Source: Azolla caroliniana (Eukaryota > Plantae > Polypodiophyta). From it: DNA of 64,000 nucleotides. This document shows, piece after piece, positions 47,901-61,383 of this stretch (position 1 is the first letter of the stretch; the number at the start of each line of letters is the position of its first letter). The notes beneath the pieces are model-generated. The model ran no database searches. It was not told the DNA's origin and saw nothing but the letters and a program-made list of their open reading frames with translations. A program made the position numbers and the translations under genes. The stretch lies in contig JBHGNT010000003.1 of NCBI GenBank assembly GCA_043228905.1, positions 5,952,001 through 6,016,000 on the forward strand, in the 5' to 3' direction.

Positions 47901-50900
47901 GTCCTGGTCTGCAGCCCATTTGTGTATCCTGTGATTGACTTGTAGCATTAGTAGGAGTGATGGGGCTAAAGAAAGTTGTGATTGTTCTTTGTGGATAAGC
48001 TTGTGTGGCTGTATTCTTCAACAACTTTTCCCGATGTTTCTTGAGCTCTAGCAAGAAAAGTCCTAGGCATCGTTGGTCTTCATATTCCATTACCTTGCGT
48101 AGTGGGCCAAAACCTTGTTTAAAGAGGCAATGGTATCTCCCTCTGATTTCATAAAAGACATTACAATGACAAACATAGTGTTCTTCAGATTCCACTCCTT
48201 GATTACATGAGGGAGAGAGAGAGAGAGAGCTAGGGTTTGAAGATCTCAAGATCAGCTAGTTGCCCACGTGGAAGTGTTTGGTTCATATCGGGCAGTTTGT
48301 AGTTGTCATGCAGCTTACACTTCACAGCATATTGGGGATATTAAAATTAGTATCCTTTTGCCTATGCCTGCTGGATGGACGTTAGTTATATAAATCCTCG
48401 TCATGGTCCATGATTATGTGTATTGCATTGGTACACTTCCAGTTTTTACATATTAGCATTTAGTCATTTATCATGCTTTGTATTTTAGGATGCTTGTCCC
48501 TCTGTTTAGACATTAATATAGCTTTCTTTCCCCTCTCATATATTTTTCAAGAGAAACGTTAGTAACCATCTGTCCACGTGCATGTTGACTTTGATGCCAA
48601 ATGAAGGTATTCGTCTGCAATACCTGTAGGTTTCTGCTACCTTCTATTATTTCTAGATGGAACTATAAGTTTGTATTGCAAATATCATGTTCATAAGATT
48701 TAACTTATCACATTGGCTTGCAGGAGTACTTTTGCAATCCTACAGTTCTATTCCAATATGGAACAAAATGGCAAACATTTTCTTCAAGTCTAACAGTAAT
48801 GTTTTTGAACCTCACCGCAATGTTTTCATATTTGATGTTCATAAGGTCAACGAAATACAAAATACTGCTGTGCATGTGGTGGTTTATAATTCTTTTAATT
48901 ATATTATTTGAGGTGCCACACGAGTAGATAAATGTGAGCTCGTAGTCTAAAGGTCTTTATATGCACTTCAGTGAAATTTATGAGCTATGACAAATGTTTG
49001 TCGTTGATATTATAGATATGAATGAGAGAGGAAGTAAGATGCTCTGAAAATGATTTGCGTACAGACTGTTCTTAGCACTTTTGAGGCTCAACCCCTAGGT
49101 GGTGACGATGATGAAAGTATTGGTTACTCTGATGAAGGTGACAATACGGCATTTAAAATCAAGTACTTGACAAGTAGCAAGCTGATGAGCTTGGAGGTTT
49201 ACCCCATGACCATTGAGTTTAATGGGTTAACTACTCAAAGTAATGCAAAGTTGTCTTTTCTCTATGAACATGAATTTGATAATTTTGTTTAAACAGCTGA
49301 AAGATCCAGGCTTCCGGCGACACATACTTGTCCAGTGCCTCATCGTCTTTGATTACTTGAAGGTTCTGAAAAAAATGTGGTAGAGTTGAAGAAGTTAAGC
49401 TAGCCTTTTATGCAGTGGAAAATACTTTACGTACAAAGATAGTTTTGCTGACACTTTACTACATATTTTTGAATACATCCCCTTCAGACTCCAGCTAAAA
49501 CTGATAAAGAAGGGCTCTGGGAATCACTTGTAAGTTTGCATCAAAATTTTCTTTTCCCATAAGAAAATTTTAGAATTTATTGTAACTAATACTCTCCCTT
49601 GTTTTGCAGAGAGAGGAAGTGATAACTCTAGAGGAGCGTGTCAAAAAGCTATTGGAGATTACCCCTCCAAAGGGGAAAGAGTTTCTTGCTAATATTGAAC
49701 ATTTACTTGAGAGAGAGCAAAATTGGGTAGATTTCCTTTCCCTTGTTTTCTTGACACAATTCCCATTTATACCTTTTGTTTGGGGTAGCCGCTCAAACAT
49801 GTCCAATGATTGATAATTCTTAGTTTTTGTTCATGGTTCATTCACTTTGCCAAAGTTGGAATTTAGTAGAATGAAAAATCCATATTTAATAATCTGTCTC
49901 TTTCTAAGCTGTCTGTTTTATATTTTGATTGAAAGAGAATATCTTCATTTTGTTTTTCTTACAAGTATGTAATGTATACCTTTAATCAGGTGCCTTAGGA
50001 ATGCCCAGGGTAGCTAGGCACTTGTACTAATTAATCAATATTTATTTGATGAAACAACATACTTTCAGATGTAATGTCTTGATGTTAGTATAGTTTTCTT
50101 CATTCTCTCAACACTCTCGATGGTTTCAACAAGGAATAAAACCTTCTTCTTATCAACATCCCTAACAATGTTATCAGTGTCATCATCATCATGATCTTTT
50201 ACATGTGTATGGGTAACTGCAGTTCATTTTTTAGGAAAATCTGAGCCAAATATCCAGAAATGAGTATAGTTACTCTATTTTGCTCCATCAATGGTGTTTT
50301 AATCAGAGGAGTATATGCGTTGTTACTAGATGGCCTGCACCTTAATAATCTTTGTGCGTGGTGGAAGGAGATCTACCTTTCTTGCCATTATATTAGGATG
50401 TTATTAGATACTTAGAGCTGAGAGTATGTGACTTCAATGCTTGGGAGTATAGATAGAGTCTTGACAACTTGAAGTATGATAAATCCTACTTTCCAAAGGA
50501 TGAATGTTACGGATTTAAATACATCTACCATGCATGTGTAATGGAGACATGAGAGATCTTATAATTGAGAGAAAGAGAAAAGACGAAACAGGAGGCATGG
50601 ATGCTGTAGACAAAGGCCGCCACTCGTCCCCTCATTTATTCCTTTCATGATAAAATTGTCTCCACCCTTCTCTTGTATATCATTTGCAGAAGTTTGTTCT
50701 TAATATGATTAGCTGGTAATTATAGCTATCCATTTTAGAATCTAATACCAAGCCTACTAATTGATATACATTTGTGTCATGGATGATATATATTTGCATG
50801 TATTCTAGACTTAAGTACCACACCTGTCTGTGGATATAATATTTCTGTCATCAGATGATAATAATCACATGTTGTCCAGGTTGGGTGGAAGCGAGATGGG

Positions 50901-53761
50901 TGTATTCCATTTGAAAAATTCTTGGCAGAAAAGAAGCCAACACATGAGCAGTCTAAGAAAAGGTTGGTTTGTCCAATCTTGTAGATACTCATCACATATG
51001 AACAGATGCCATAAACTTAAATATGTGCTCATGTATCTGTGGCATTTTGAATACTCATATACATTTTCAATGTTTGTAACTCAGGAAGGTTTACTATAGA
51101 CTGGGAAACAAAGAATTGTCACAGTTGTGGAAGTGGGCAGATCAAAATCCTGTGGGTTTTCTGATTCACTTTCTTTTCATTTTAAGTTAAATAAATGATT
51201 GCTTACATTTTGTTTAGAAGCAGAAGTTTTATGCTTGCAGTCTTGAGCCTAGAGTATGAAAATTGCTGTTTTCTGTATTGTCCTGTGCTGCAGAATATCT
51301 TGACCGATGGACAGCGTGCTCGGATGCCCCCAATCACTGAGTATTGGAAACCCCTTGCTGATGATGTAAGTGCTGTGTCCTGCTTCTTGATTTAATTTAT
51401 AGCCTCCATTTTTTTGGCTTCATTTTTTGGATTTTCTAGATGGATGTTTCGGCAGCAATCGAGCCAGAATATCATCACAAAAATAATCGGGTACTATTAA
51501 CTTTTTGAGTATACAGATAACTGATTTTTTTCTATCATAATAATTGCTCTATCAACGTGGGTGTTATATGCAATGTGGTTTTAAAATTAACATTCAGATG
51601 ATGAGAAGCTGCTACAGACATCACATATAAAATTATAAAATTATATGGAATCCATGAATACAGGTTTACTGCTGGAAAGGGTTACGATTTTCTGCAAGGC
51701 AGGACCTTGAAGGATTCTCTAGGGTACTTCTCTAACTTCTTTCTGTTTCATATGATGCAACATGGACAGAAGGCATCTTCTCTTTGAGACTTGGTATCAG
51801 CTTCTTGTAATATGATATTAAGGTTTTTCTTGTAAAAATAGTATTGGCAAGAGTTCTTATATTAGGCTTTTATATACTGTAGTCAACAAAGCATCGTCCA
51901 AATGTCTTATATTACTCTGTTCACCATAGCATTGACCAAAATGATTATATTACTATTGGTCAACATAGCATGTTAGCATAGCTTTGACAAAGACTTCTTA
52001 TATCACAATGTTCAACTCTGCTTATATTATTCTAGTCAACAGAGGACTGATCAAAGCTCTTAATAAACATGGTCAACATAGGACTGACCCTTCATATTTC
52101 TCTGGTCACCATAGGATTGACAAAAAGTTTTTATATCATTGACTGAGGTCCAAAGGTGTAGCTTCTGTATACTGTTGAACAGATTGTGCCAGTTGTGGGT
52201 GTACATAGTCATGAACCTAGAGATAACTAATCTCCTACCAAATTTCTTGGCCAGTTTACTGAGCGGGGTATTGAAGGCGTTGTTCCTCCAGAGTTGCTTC
52301 CTCATGATGTACGTGTCAAGCTACATGGCAAAACCCCTGATAGGCCAAAACACAGAGTGGCCAAGAAAGAAGAGGATAGTAAGGCGACCGGCTCTCAAGC
52401 AGAGGATGTACATATGGTAAGTGTTTTCCACATAATTACACCATGTTTTTATAGGGAAAACTTAAATAAAATGCTTCTTATTCTCAGATATTAAAAATGT
52501 TTGAATGCTTCCCTTGGCTTGGACTTGTTAGGTAGTTATCAAACTTTCTGACTTTTGGTGTTTACCAAAATTAATAATATAGTCCTCTGCAATACTAAAT
52601 CTATCACTACATTGGAGTATTATTGTAATTTATGAAATCTTAATAGTATTTAGTAAATATCAGACAAGTTAGGGGCAGTCTTGGTGTTTTTCCTTTAGGG
52701 TAGCAAATATGAAACAGGTTAGGTGTAGTCTTGGTGCTTTTCCTTTATGATATGGGTGGTGAGAAAAACAATTCCTAATTTCATGAATCAAAATCAGTGA
52801 ATCAAATAGAGATTTTATCTATTCTTTTTGTGAAGAGTATTAGTACTAGACATGCTAAAAGGACACACAACAAGTTACATGCAATCAACTGAATGATTCC
52901 CTAATTTCATAAATAGAAGGTTTAGAGAATCAATTAGAGATTATCTTTTCTTTTGGTGAAGTATTATACTATGCCAAAATGTTACACAAGAAGTTACATG
53001 ATCACCACCGAGATGATCAAAGCAAACAGTCTCCTTTCCCTCTGATAACATTTCTTCATTCTTCTCAGCTGTAACATCTTCCATTCTCTCTACATATAGC
53101 AATGCATATTATCCTCTAGACTTAAGAGCAACTACCCATCAATGACCTCAATTCCATCTCATGTTATATTCTCACACTATACATCCTTACTTTTTGACTT
53201 CTTTTATTATTTTCGTTCTGGATAGTCAGAGATACACCCACACATGCTGATAAAAGTCCACAGTTAGACTCTAGGGGAGGCGTAAAAAAGATATTTTTTT
53301 CCCTGATTCCTTATTTGTTTTTTATATTCATATCCATTTTTCTAAATGTTGCATTTTATATATACATATATATTTGTGAAACGATCCCACGGCATGATGT
53401 GATGTTACTCTTAAACCAGGTTACAAATAGTACTGGTGGAGTACTTGAAGATGGCCCAGGTATTCATCAGGAAGGTGATGATGGAATGACTGGGGCTGGG
53501 GCTGATATTGTTAACAATACAAATGGGGGTCCGAATTCGGATGCAAGTCCGAAACAAGGATCGGATGTAGATGGCCTGGTGGAAGAAATACCATCTACCG
53601 CTTTAGGGAGCCCTGAAGTTGTGGTGGTTGGAAGTGGCGAGGATTCAAGCTCATCTCTACCCCCACCAGCCCCACCTCCTAAGGATGAAGCAACACAAAA
53701 AATGCATTCGGAAACAACTTTATCCAAACCTCCTCGGAAACGTGCTCATGTGGAAACATAA
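44936..53761 (+). CDS. THO1: THO complex subunit 1 (HPR1/THOC1), 21 exons, ~686 aa
   Basis: Phase-consistent exons: 44936-45070, 45172-45255, 45368-45442, 46251-46344, 46457-46602, 46779-46850, 47035-47107, 47202-47270, 47365-47411, 48724-48795, 49065-49196, 49297-49362, 49488-49529, 49610-49726, 50880-50962, 51085-51151, 51294-51365, 51440-51490, 51664-51723, 52255-52416, 53420-53761. Motifs GKLVMLRTCNQLLRRLSK, FCGRILMFLAH.FPLSERS, YLTSSKL, REQNWV.WKRDGC, CWKGLR. Confidence 0.95.
47782..48215 (-). mobile_element. 3' fragment of a non-LTR retrotransposon (LINE) in THO1 intron 9
   Basis: CNQGVESEEHYVCHCNVFYEIR matches the C-terminal Cys/His motif of LINE ORF2; bounded by a (GA)n tract. Confidence 0.65.
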
Positions 53762-55509
53762 AAAAGAAACGAATTCTATGTCGCGTTGTAAAAGGTTTAT
53801 TTATGCTTCATGATGTTCACTTGGTGTATTGAGGTGTAGTGCTTTCAGTTCTGGGACAAAGATCCCTGTTTCACTTGTCACATTTTATGCGACATCCCCA
53901 GAGATACGAAGTATTTTGACTTTTTCACTGAATGTAGCAACAATGCCGATTTTGGATGATTGCTAGCATTACCAAGAGAGGGTATGATCAACTAGTGCCA
54001 TCCAAAATATAGTGGTAATATGAGATTTATGTCACTTTTCTGACAAGTAGATGTGGCTATGTACATGTTAAACATTACAGATTGGATTAAAGATTTATTA
54101 GACCTTAGATTTCAGTATATGGACTTTGCAACCCATTGTGTTAATTAGAGTTCCAACGACTTAGCTATGATTAAAATTGAGAAGTGAAATGATTTTGCAG
54201 TAGTGCAATGAATCAAGTTAACTTAAATTGGTGCAATTATCTACTGTCTGCTGTATAAAGCTTATGAGGTTTGTCAAATTGGATTTGATTGGACTCCTTT
54301 CAAAATAATAGGATGAAATCATGAGTGATATATGGATATTTTGCAGCAATATAGTAAAAAAGCTAGTGTCTTAAGTTTTTGTTAGGTATGAGAAAGCCCA
54401 AGGGCTAAGATTCCAGGTAAATTTATGCACACTAGATTGCTGGAAAGCATTTCTAACAAGATCACCTGAGATTTATTTATTTGATTACGGGCAGATTCAA
54501 ATGCAGTGTTTTTTGTATTACTAGTAACGAGTTTGGGAAGTTTAGAGTAATTTCAACACAATCTTGATATTATTGTTATCGACGTTGTTAGCCATCATCA
54601 TGCCTTCTGATCTGATAGAAGTGTAACACTGATTACTAACACCTTAACAATGCAATTGATGAAGATTGTGTTTGCATTCGAGTTTTAAAAAAAACTCTGT
54701 AGGGTAACTAACTTTGAAATGTTTTCTCTATGATTTCAGTAAAATCTTCTTTTTTTATAGACAAGTGACTAAACAGTCTCTTTGGGTTGTTTCAACAGTA
54801 TTAGGTTTTTTGTGAATTGATTCCTACTTGTGTAATTTTCGTTGGCAACAAAACTTTGGTTATATTTAATCAAAATAGGCACTAAGCTAACCTTTAGGAA
54901 AAGAATACAAAATCACTTCTCTGTAGGCAAGTGTTGAAGAAGGTTGTAAAATTAGTATGACAATTGATTTTCCTTATATATTTGTGGTGAGGTCCATTGG
55001 ATGAGCTTGAAGACGTAATTAGATTCTCTGTGGGTAAGCCATCTATAATCATTTTCAGCCTTCAAAAATATGAATTTCCACGGCCAATGAGAGATTTTGG
55101 TAATCCTCTCTCTGAATTTTCTTGGACAATGAAGTTTGATGAGTTAGTCTATTTCCAAACATTGACTTTGATGCATTGTAAGCCACTATTCTCCGACGGA
55201 GGCCAATTGAACACACGTCCATGTAAATCCTTAGTAAATATGTACCATCCTCACCTCTCTTTGTGCTTTGTGTCAAGTGATCGATGAATATGTATATCTA
55301 TGGTATGTTAAGCAGGGGCATCAAGAGATAGCAGAAAATAGGCAGGGGTATCCGTGGTAATAATAAAAAACTCGGGTTTAAGAAGGGGTATTAAAAGATA
55401 ACAGAAAACTCAGGGGTATATGGTGGTATACTTAGTAAAATATTCAGGGTAGGATATAGAGGGGATATATGGCTGTTTGAACTGCACAGGGGAAGCCTAT
55501 CGTCAGGCC

Positions 55510-58500
55510 ATGGCTAAACTCTGGACTCGTCTCTGTTATGATTTCATGGCTTCTTCTTCCTCCTCCTTCCATCATCTCCTCTTCGTCTCTGTTTCTCTGC
55601 ATCGATGGAGACCTCTGTGTCGTCCAGCTCTACTCAGGTCCCAATACCTGTGCACACACCAGGGTACTAATGCGTCAAAACTTCACGTGAATTCTCCTCC
55701 TGTTTCTTCTTCTTCCTCTTCCATATCTGCTTCTTCAAGAAGGCGAGTTCTATTTTCTTTCTGTATTGATTTATTGTAAACCTATTTATCTGAATTATCG
55801 GGGTTAGACATAATCAGGCTTACATTTGCTTTTAGGATCAATTACTAGACCTAAAACGATATCCTTTTTTCCCGTGTTTGGCTAAATAAATCCATTTAAA
55901 ATTGATCATTTTCATTCTGTTTTTGTTTTATTTATTAATCTTTATTTATTTATTAACTTCTTTTTTCTCTCTTGGGATAATATGAAGACATAATAATTTT
56001 TCATGTAAATATAGGTACGTATTGTCATTAACAAATGTTCTGGTTATTTCTACATCATTTTGTCATGGCCGTGTTTCTTTGAGTCTGACAAGAAGCACCA
56101 GAGGGAAAATGTTTTGCCATATTATTCTTTTTTTATGAGGACTATCATTAGACCTTTCACATTATTTGATTATGTCAAAGATCTTTATTATTTCTCCCTT
56201 TTTATTCTTAAATTGTTTTTGTGTTGATATTTTCCTTTCAATTTGCTGCTACGACATTTTCATTTGAATACAGGGCAACTCCTTTCTAATTTCTTCTTAA
56301 TTTTTAAAATTTGATTTAAATATTTCTTATTATCAGCCATGGCAATGTTTTTGAGTCTAAAGAACACTTCAGAGGGCAGGTATGTAGGGATCCTCCGCAG
56401 GAAGACTCTGGCACTAACTGGATTCAAAATATGGAATTAGTAGAGAATCTTCAGCTCATCAACACTGCCATTGGTCTCGATGATTGCTTGCCTAATCAGA
56501 AGTTGATGCTTTCAGGTATGTTTCCTCCATTAAGTTATTTTCCTTTTTACCGTGGTTTTTCTCTCATGCCCTTATAAGTATTATTCATGGCTTTTATAGG
56601 AAACGGAAAAGGATTTAGTTTGTTTTGGTGAAAACATTCTCAACATTAAAATTGCTTATAATTTTGGTTTTCCTGAAGTTCTCATGGGTATATTATGACT
56701 GTGATACAGAAAAGAAAAAGGGTTCTAGTATCTTCATAACTTGATCGCTTATTTTTCCAATTATAGTATGTAATATACTTGAATGCATTGGCAAACATTC
56801 TTTTTCATACGAATGCAAATGAATGCGTATGTTATCAAAACATTCTTAATCTTTTTTTTTTACAGGTTTTACCTTCAAATTTTTTTACCTTATAATGAAT
56901 AATGAATACAAAAGTATGGTATTTACCATACTTTGGGGGTGTTTACCATTACTTGAATGATTGAAACATTCTCGAATGAGAATGCACGTATGGTATGTAT
57001 GGTTCATACTATGGTGCCAATGATGTCTTAGAGTTTTCTGTATTTATGAATCCTACAGAAAAACGTTTATGTCGTTTTTCAATCTGGTAGAAATTAAGTT
57101 TTAGGGTACTCTTGAATATTATAAAAACAATTTTGTTAAGTATTTTCTGTATTCATGAATCCTATGAACACTAACTCTGATGCTTTTTCTTGATTCATGT
57201 TCTCATTTGTATTCATGAACACTATGGAAAACAAGGGATTCCTGTGTTCTTATAGGAAACATGTTTTGTCTTATTTGCACATCTTTCACAGCAAAGACCA
57301 TGGGTTGAGGTTTTATTTTGTTGTGTAAAAACATGCAACAGGGATGTTCATGAATCTGATTGAATATAAGTACACATAGTTTAGGCATTCTTGAACTTTT
57401 ATAAAACAAAGTTTAGGGGTTCTTGAATCCTACATAATGCTAAAACCAGAATGCTATCAACAGTAAATGCGATTCTTCATACCTTTTTTTTCCTGACTAT
57501 CTTCTCATGCTCTGATGTGTATCCATGAATCCTATAGAAATTAGAGTTGAGCCTTTCCATTTTGACCTATAGGAAATAGGGTTCGGGTTACTTGTGCATC
57601 CTTATACAAAAGACTAGTGGTTTAAGGTTTTCAATGTAAAAGAAAATGCATCACGACTATTCAGGATTTATTGTACTCCAGAATCCTGAAACCAAAATGC
57701 TGTCAACAGTATACCTGATGTTTCATAGCCTTTTCCTGGGTATCTTCTCATGCCCTAACATGTATACATGAATCCTATAGAAAACAAGGTCTAGGTATTC
57801 CTGAATCAGATGAAAATTCATGGCTAACTCTGATGCTTCTTGGCATGCTCATTCAGGCAAGGCAGTGACATGGGGAATTGAGAGTGAATGGACTCTAAAG
57901 TGGGGAATGGATGGTGGATTTTTCGAGCAGTTTAAAAATGAAGAATTTACTCATGAATGGGGCCATGACGGCACGCTTACATGGTATGCTGATGCTGCAG
58001 GTCGTGTCTCAAGACTAGAGCTTGATGAGGGTGAGGTCAGCACCATCCAAAAACTAATGCATGCTTGATGACAACTATAATATTAAGCGTAAAAACTTTG
58101 AAGTGCTGCACACTCTAGTTTTCCGTTAATTTTCCCAAATGCTTCTGGCTAAGCGCTACGTGAGCAATTATATGTGCTATTTGAATGATTACATTGGTCA
58201 ATTCATCTGCCTTTTCACCCATTGGAGTGGAGCAGGGGCATTTGGGCAAATAATGAGAACATTGGTGAATTTAGGGAAATAAAGAAAAACACGGTGGCAC
58301 TCTGGAGTTTTACCTTTAATATTAATAGTAGTGATAATAAAAAGAAAATCAATATCATCATCATCATGGAAGTCATGCCTTACCTAAGGCAGATGTATCT
58401 GATTTTTTAGGTGTATGTGCTATCCACATGGATTAGGACTGGGTTTTGGGCAACTGAAGAAGCCCAAAAGTATGTAGACATTCAACAAGAAAGTTCTGGT

Positions 58501-61383
58501 TCTGGACTTGTGCTTCATGCTTCTGATAAAGAACTCTTGTTCTCAGTCAAATTGAAGAAAAAAGAGGCATGTTTCTTTTCCCTTTCTCCCCCTTCTGTCC
58601 CTTTACAGGTATATTGAGCCTATACAAGTTTTATGAAAATTGCTGATAGTGTATTTGTATAATTTTCATTCAGGTAGTTGCCTATGTTATCATTGATAAG
58701 GCTACATGCTTACCACTACGGGTTTCGTTTCAAAAGTTCTCTTTTAGAGATCGATGGAAGTTATCTAACTGGCAATGTGTCTTGGTCAGTATTTTCTATG
58801 CTAAAAATTATTGTTGTATTACATAATTTTTAATGCATTGAAACCAAATCTTTAACAATATCGCTATGGTATTCACAGCCAGATAGGCAATATCGACTTC
58901 CGATTTTCAGCTCACGAGCTTCTTCTGCAGTTGGACAAGAGAATTTTAAGATTATGAAAGTTCAACTTTATTCCTCAACTGAGACATTAGATGATAAGAA
59001 GATTGATTACATCTATCCTTCAACTATGTTTGTTTCACGTCATCACAATCACCACCCTCAGTTTCAGATTGATTCTAGCCATTCAGCTTCTGTCCAGGCA
59101 AGTAGTGATCTTTACCCGCATTATACATGTTTTATAAGCAACTATGTGATATGCACTATGCACAAAAGCGTTCACCATCACTAATGATAATAGCAATTCT
59201 TTTATGTATTTGCATACCATGGTCGTGTTTTTCGTTAAAGATCTTTGGAATACGATATTGTCTTCTTTATCTGAAGTTTTGTAACCTTGTTTAGTGTTTA
59301 AAATGAGAGTAATTTTTTCTGCTATTTGAGACATCACTACTTTCATTCAGATGCGATATACAAAAAGTGGTCATTACATGGTCCGTCCTATAGTTGATGG
59401 TAAAGAGGCTGGGTAAGCAAAACATGTATAAATATTTGAGTTGGTATGCAGTTTGTCACTTGCAAAAATTTCACTGCTGGTTACATAGTTCCTATTTGAA
59501 CACAGGTGTTTCATTATTGATACTGGGACAGGTTGTCTTGCGATCAATAGGAAAAAGGTAAGCCTTCATTCAGTATTTGCGAAATTCAGAACCGCTTGCA
59601 AAACCTAATAAAAAATTATAGTCTTGGTGAAAGTAATAATGCAATATATTGTGATATATCTAGTATATGGAAAATTACTTACTGCAAACTAAGGTGTGAA
59701 ATATTCACGGTGAAATTTGTGATGCTTCTTCTTTCATCTATATACATTGAAATGGCAGGCAATGCAACTAGGCATGCATGGTTTTGGGGAAGTATATGCA
59801 ACTAGTATTTCTGGTGGTGGTGTGGTATGTGAATTCATGAAGTTAACCATATGATTAATTGCGATTTGAGATCTGTTTCTGAGCTGACTTCTTCTGGTTT
59901 CTGACAATTGTAGATGAAGACCCAATTTTTTCGAGGAAAAAGCTTTCAGCTTGGACCCCTCAAAATAACAAACCCAGTGTTTATGGAGGTAAATTTAAAT
60001 TGTTGAACCCTTCAACATCCATAATGCATCTGGAAACAACATATCTAGTTATTCTCAATGTTTGAAAATTTATGACAGATTAACATTGACAAACTATTGA
60101 AGGATGTGGATGGATTATGTGGTTTTGATTTGTTCTATGGCTGTGTCATCGAGATGTCTCCAAAACATCGCACATTTTCAATATATGATCCCATGGAATA
60201 TAAATCAATGGCAGTGGCGAAGAAGCTAAAATGGCAGGTTTTGTCCAAGTTTCATTCATTGATATTTTTGAAGGTTGAAGCATCTCGTGATATTCAATTA
60301 TTTACATGTGCAGAGAATGTTCCTATTCGACAATGTCCCACATGTTCTAGCAAAGGTGAATGGAAAAGAGGTGATGCTCATGGTGGACTCGGGGGCAGCA
60401 GGGGCTAGCTTGATGTTTCCAAGCAATGTTGTGCAAGGGTTTGATGATCCTGAAGTAGATACACCGACGGTATTCCGTGGGCGACGTATGATGGTATCTC
60501 AGGTAAGACATATTGTAAGGTCATAGGAAATGGTGTTCCGTGGCCAAGAAATGATGGTATCTCAGGCAATAGATTTAGTGTATGATCATCGGAAAAGTAA
60601 TTCTAGATTTTCCCACCTATTACCTAGCTGGAGAGTGACCCATGTAGAAATGCTCCTCATCAGATATATAGAGTAACTCATACTTTTTGTAGACTCTTGA
60701 GCTATTGTTGGACTATTAGCTCTAGTGCCCTGTGCTCACATGGCATAGATTCATAAAATTCATCTGAGTAACTCTAATGTAATACAGAACGTGTCATATA
60801 AGTAGTGTGTGTGTGTGTGTGTGTGTATCTTTATTTTGTAATGTTTTATCATTTTGTTACGTCGATGTGTTTGGAATTGTGAAAGTAGATGATAGATGAC
60901 CTTGTGTAGGTTGATTATAGAATGTAGGGATATTGAGAAAGTAGCACTGTGCTTACACCCACCTAGGCCACCACACATGGTGGTTCGTTCACATAATATA
61001 GATCCATGAAGCCCATCCTAGTAACTCTACCATAGATACAGGTTGTACCATATCTGTATATTGAACCACCATGTCTTTGTTTTTCAGCATTTATTGCTTT
61101 TGTTTCCTTCATGTGTTTGGAATTGTGAATGAAGATGATGGCCAACCTTATGCAGGCCGATTATGGAAATGTGGGGAAGTTTGAGATTGGTGGTCACTTG
61201 TTCTGTGATGTTGTTGGCCTTGTTCCAAACAAGAGTGCCCAGAAGATGGGCATGTCAGGGTATTGCGCAGGTATTCTCTGTGCTGAAATGCTTACACATT
61301 TTACCCTTGTATTTGATTATGCCAACAGGCGAATGTCTCTCATTGATCAGAGACCTAAGAAGAAGAGTACTTCCAAGTCTTGA
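55510..61383 (+). CDS. Twin retropepsin-like aspartyl protease, bacterial-type architecture, 13 exons, ~635 aa, Ser-rich transit-peptide-like N-terminus
   Basis: Phase-consistent exons: 55510-55742, 56337-56515, 57857-58035, 58411-58566 (or 58608), 58674-58784, 58879-59097, 59351-59412, 59506-59557, 59759-59824, 59914-59988, 60079-60237, 60314-60502, 61156-61383. Motifs FIIDTGT..DGLCGFDLF and LMVDSGA..AGILCAEML..LVFDYANRR. Confidence 0.8.

Noticed and set aside
57030-57820. Degenerate intronic repeats (atgaatcctatagaaa), plus small duplications at ~52670-53000 and tagaatac repeats at ~62900-63200
   Set aside because: Look like old local duplications or MITE debris; no termini or TSD could be defined.
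55510-61383. Bacterial contamination or TE origin for the twin protease gene
   Set aside because: It has 12 phase-consistent spliceosomal introns and no gag, RT or LTR nearby.
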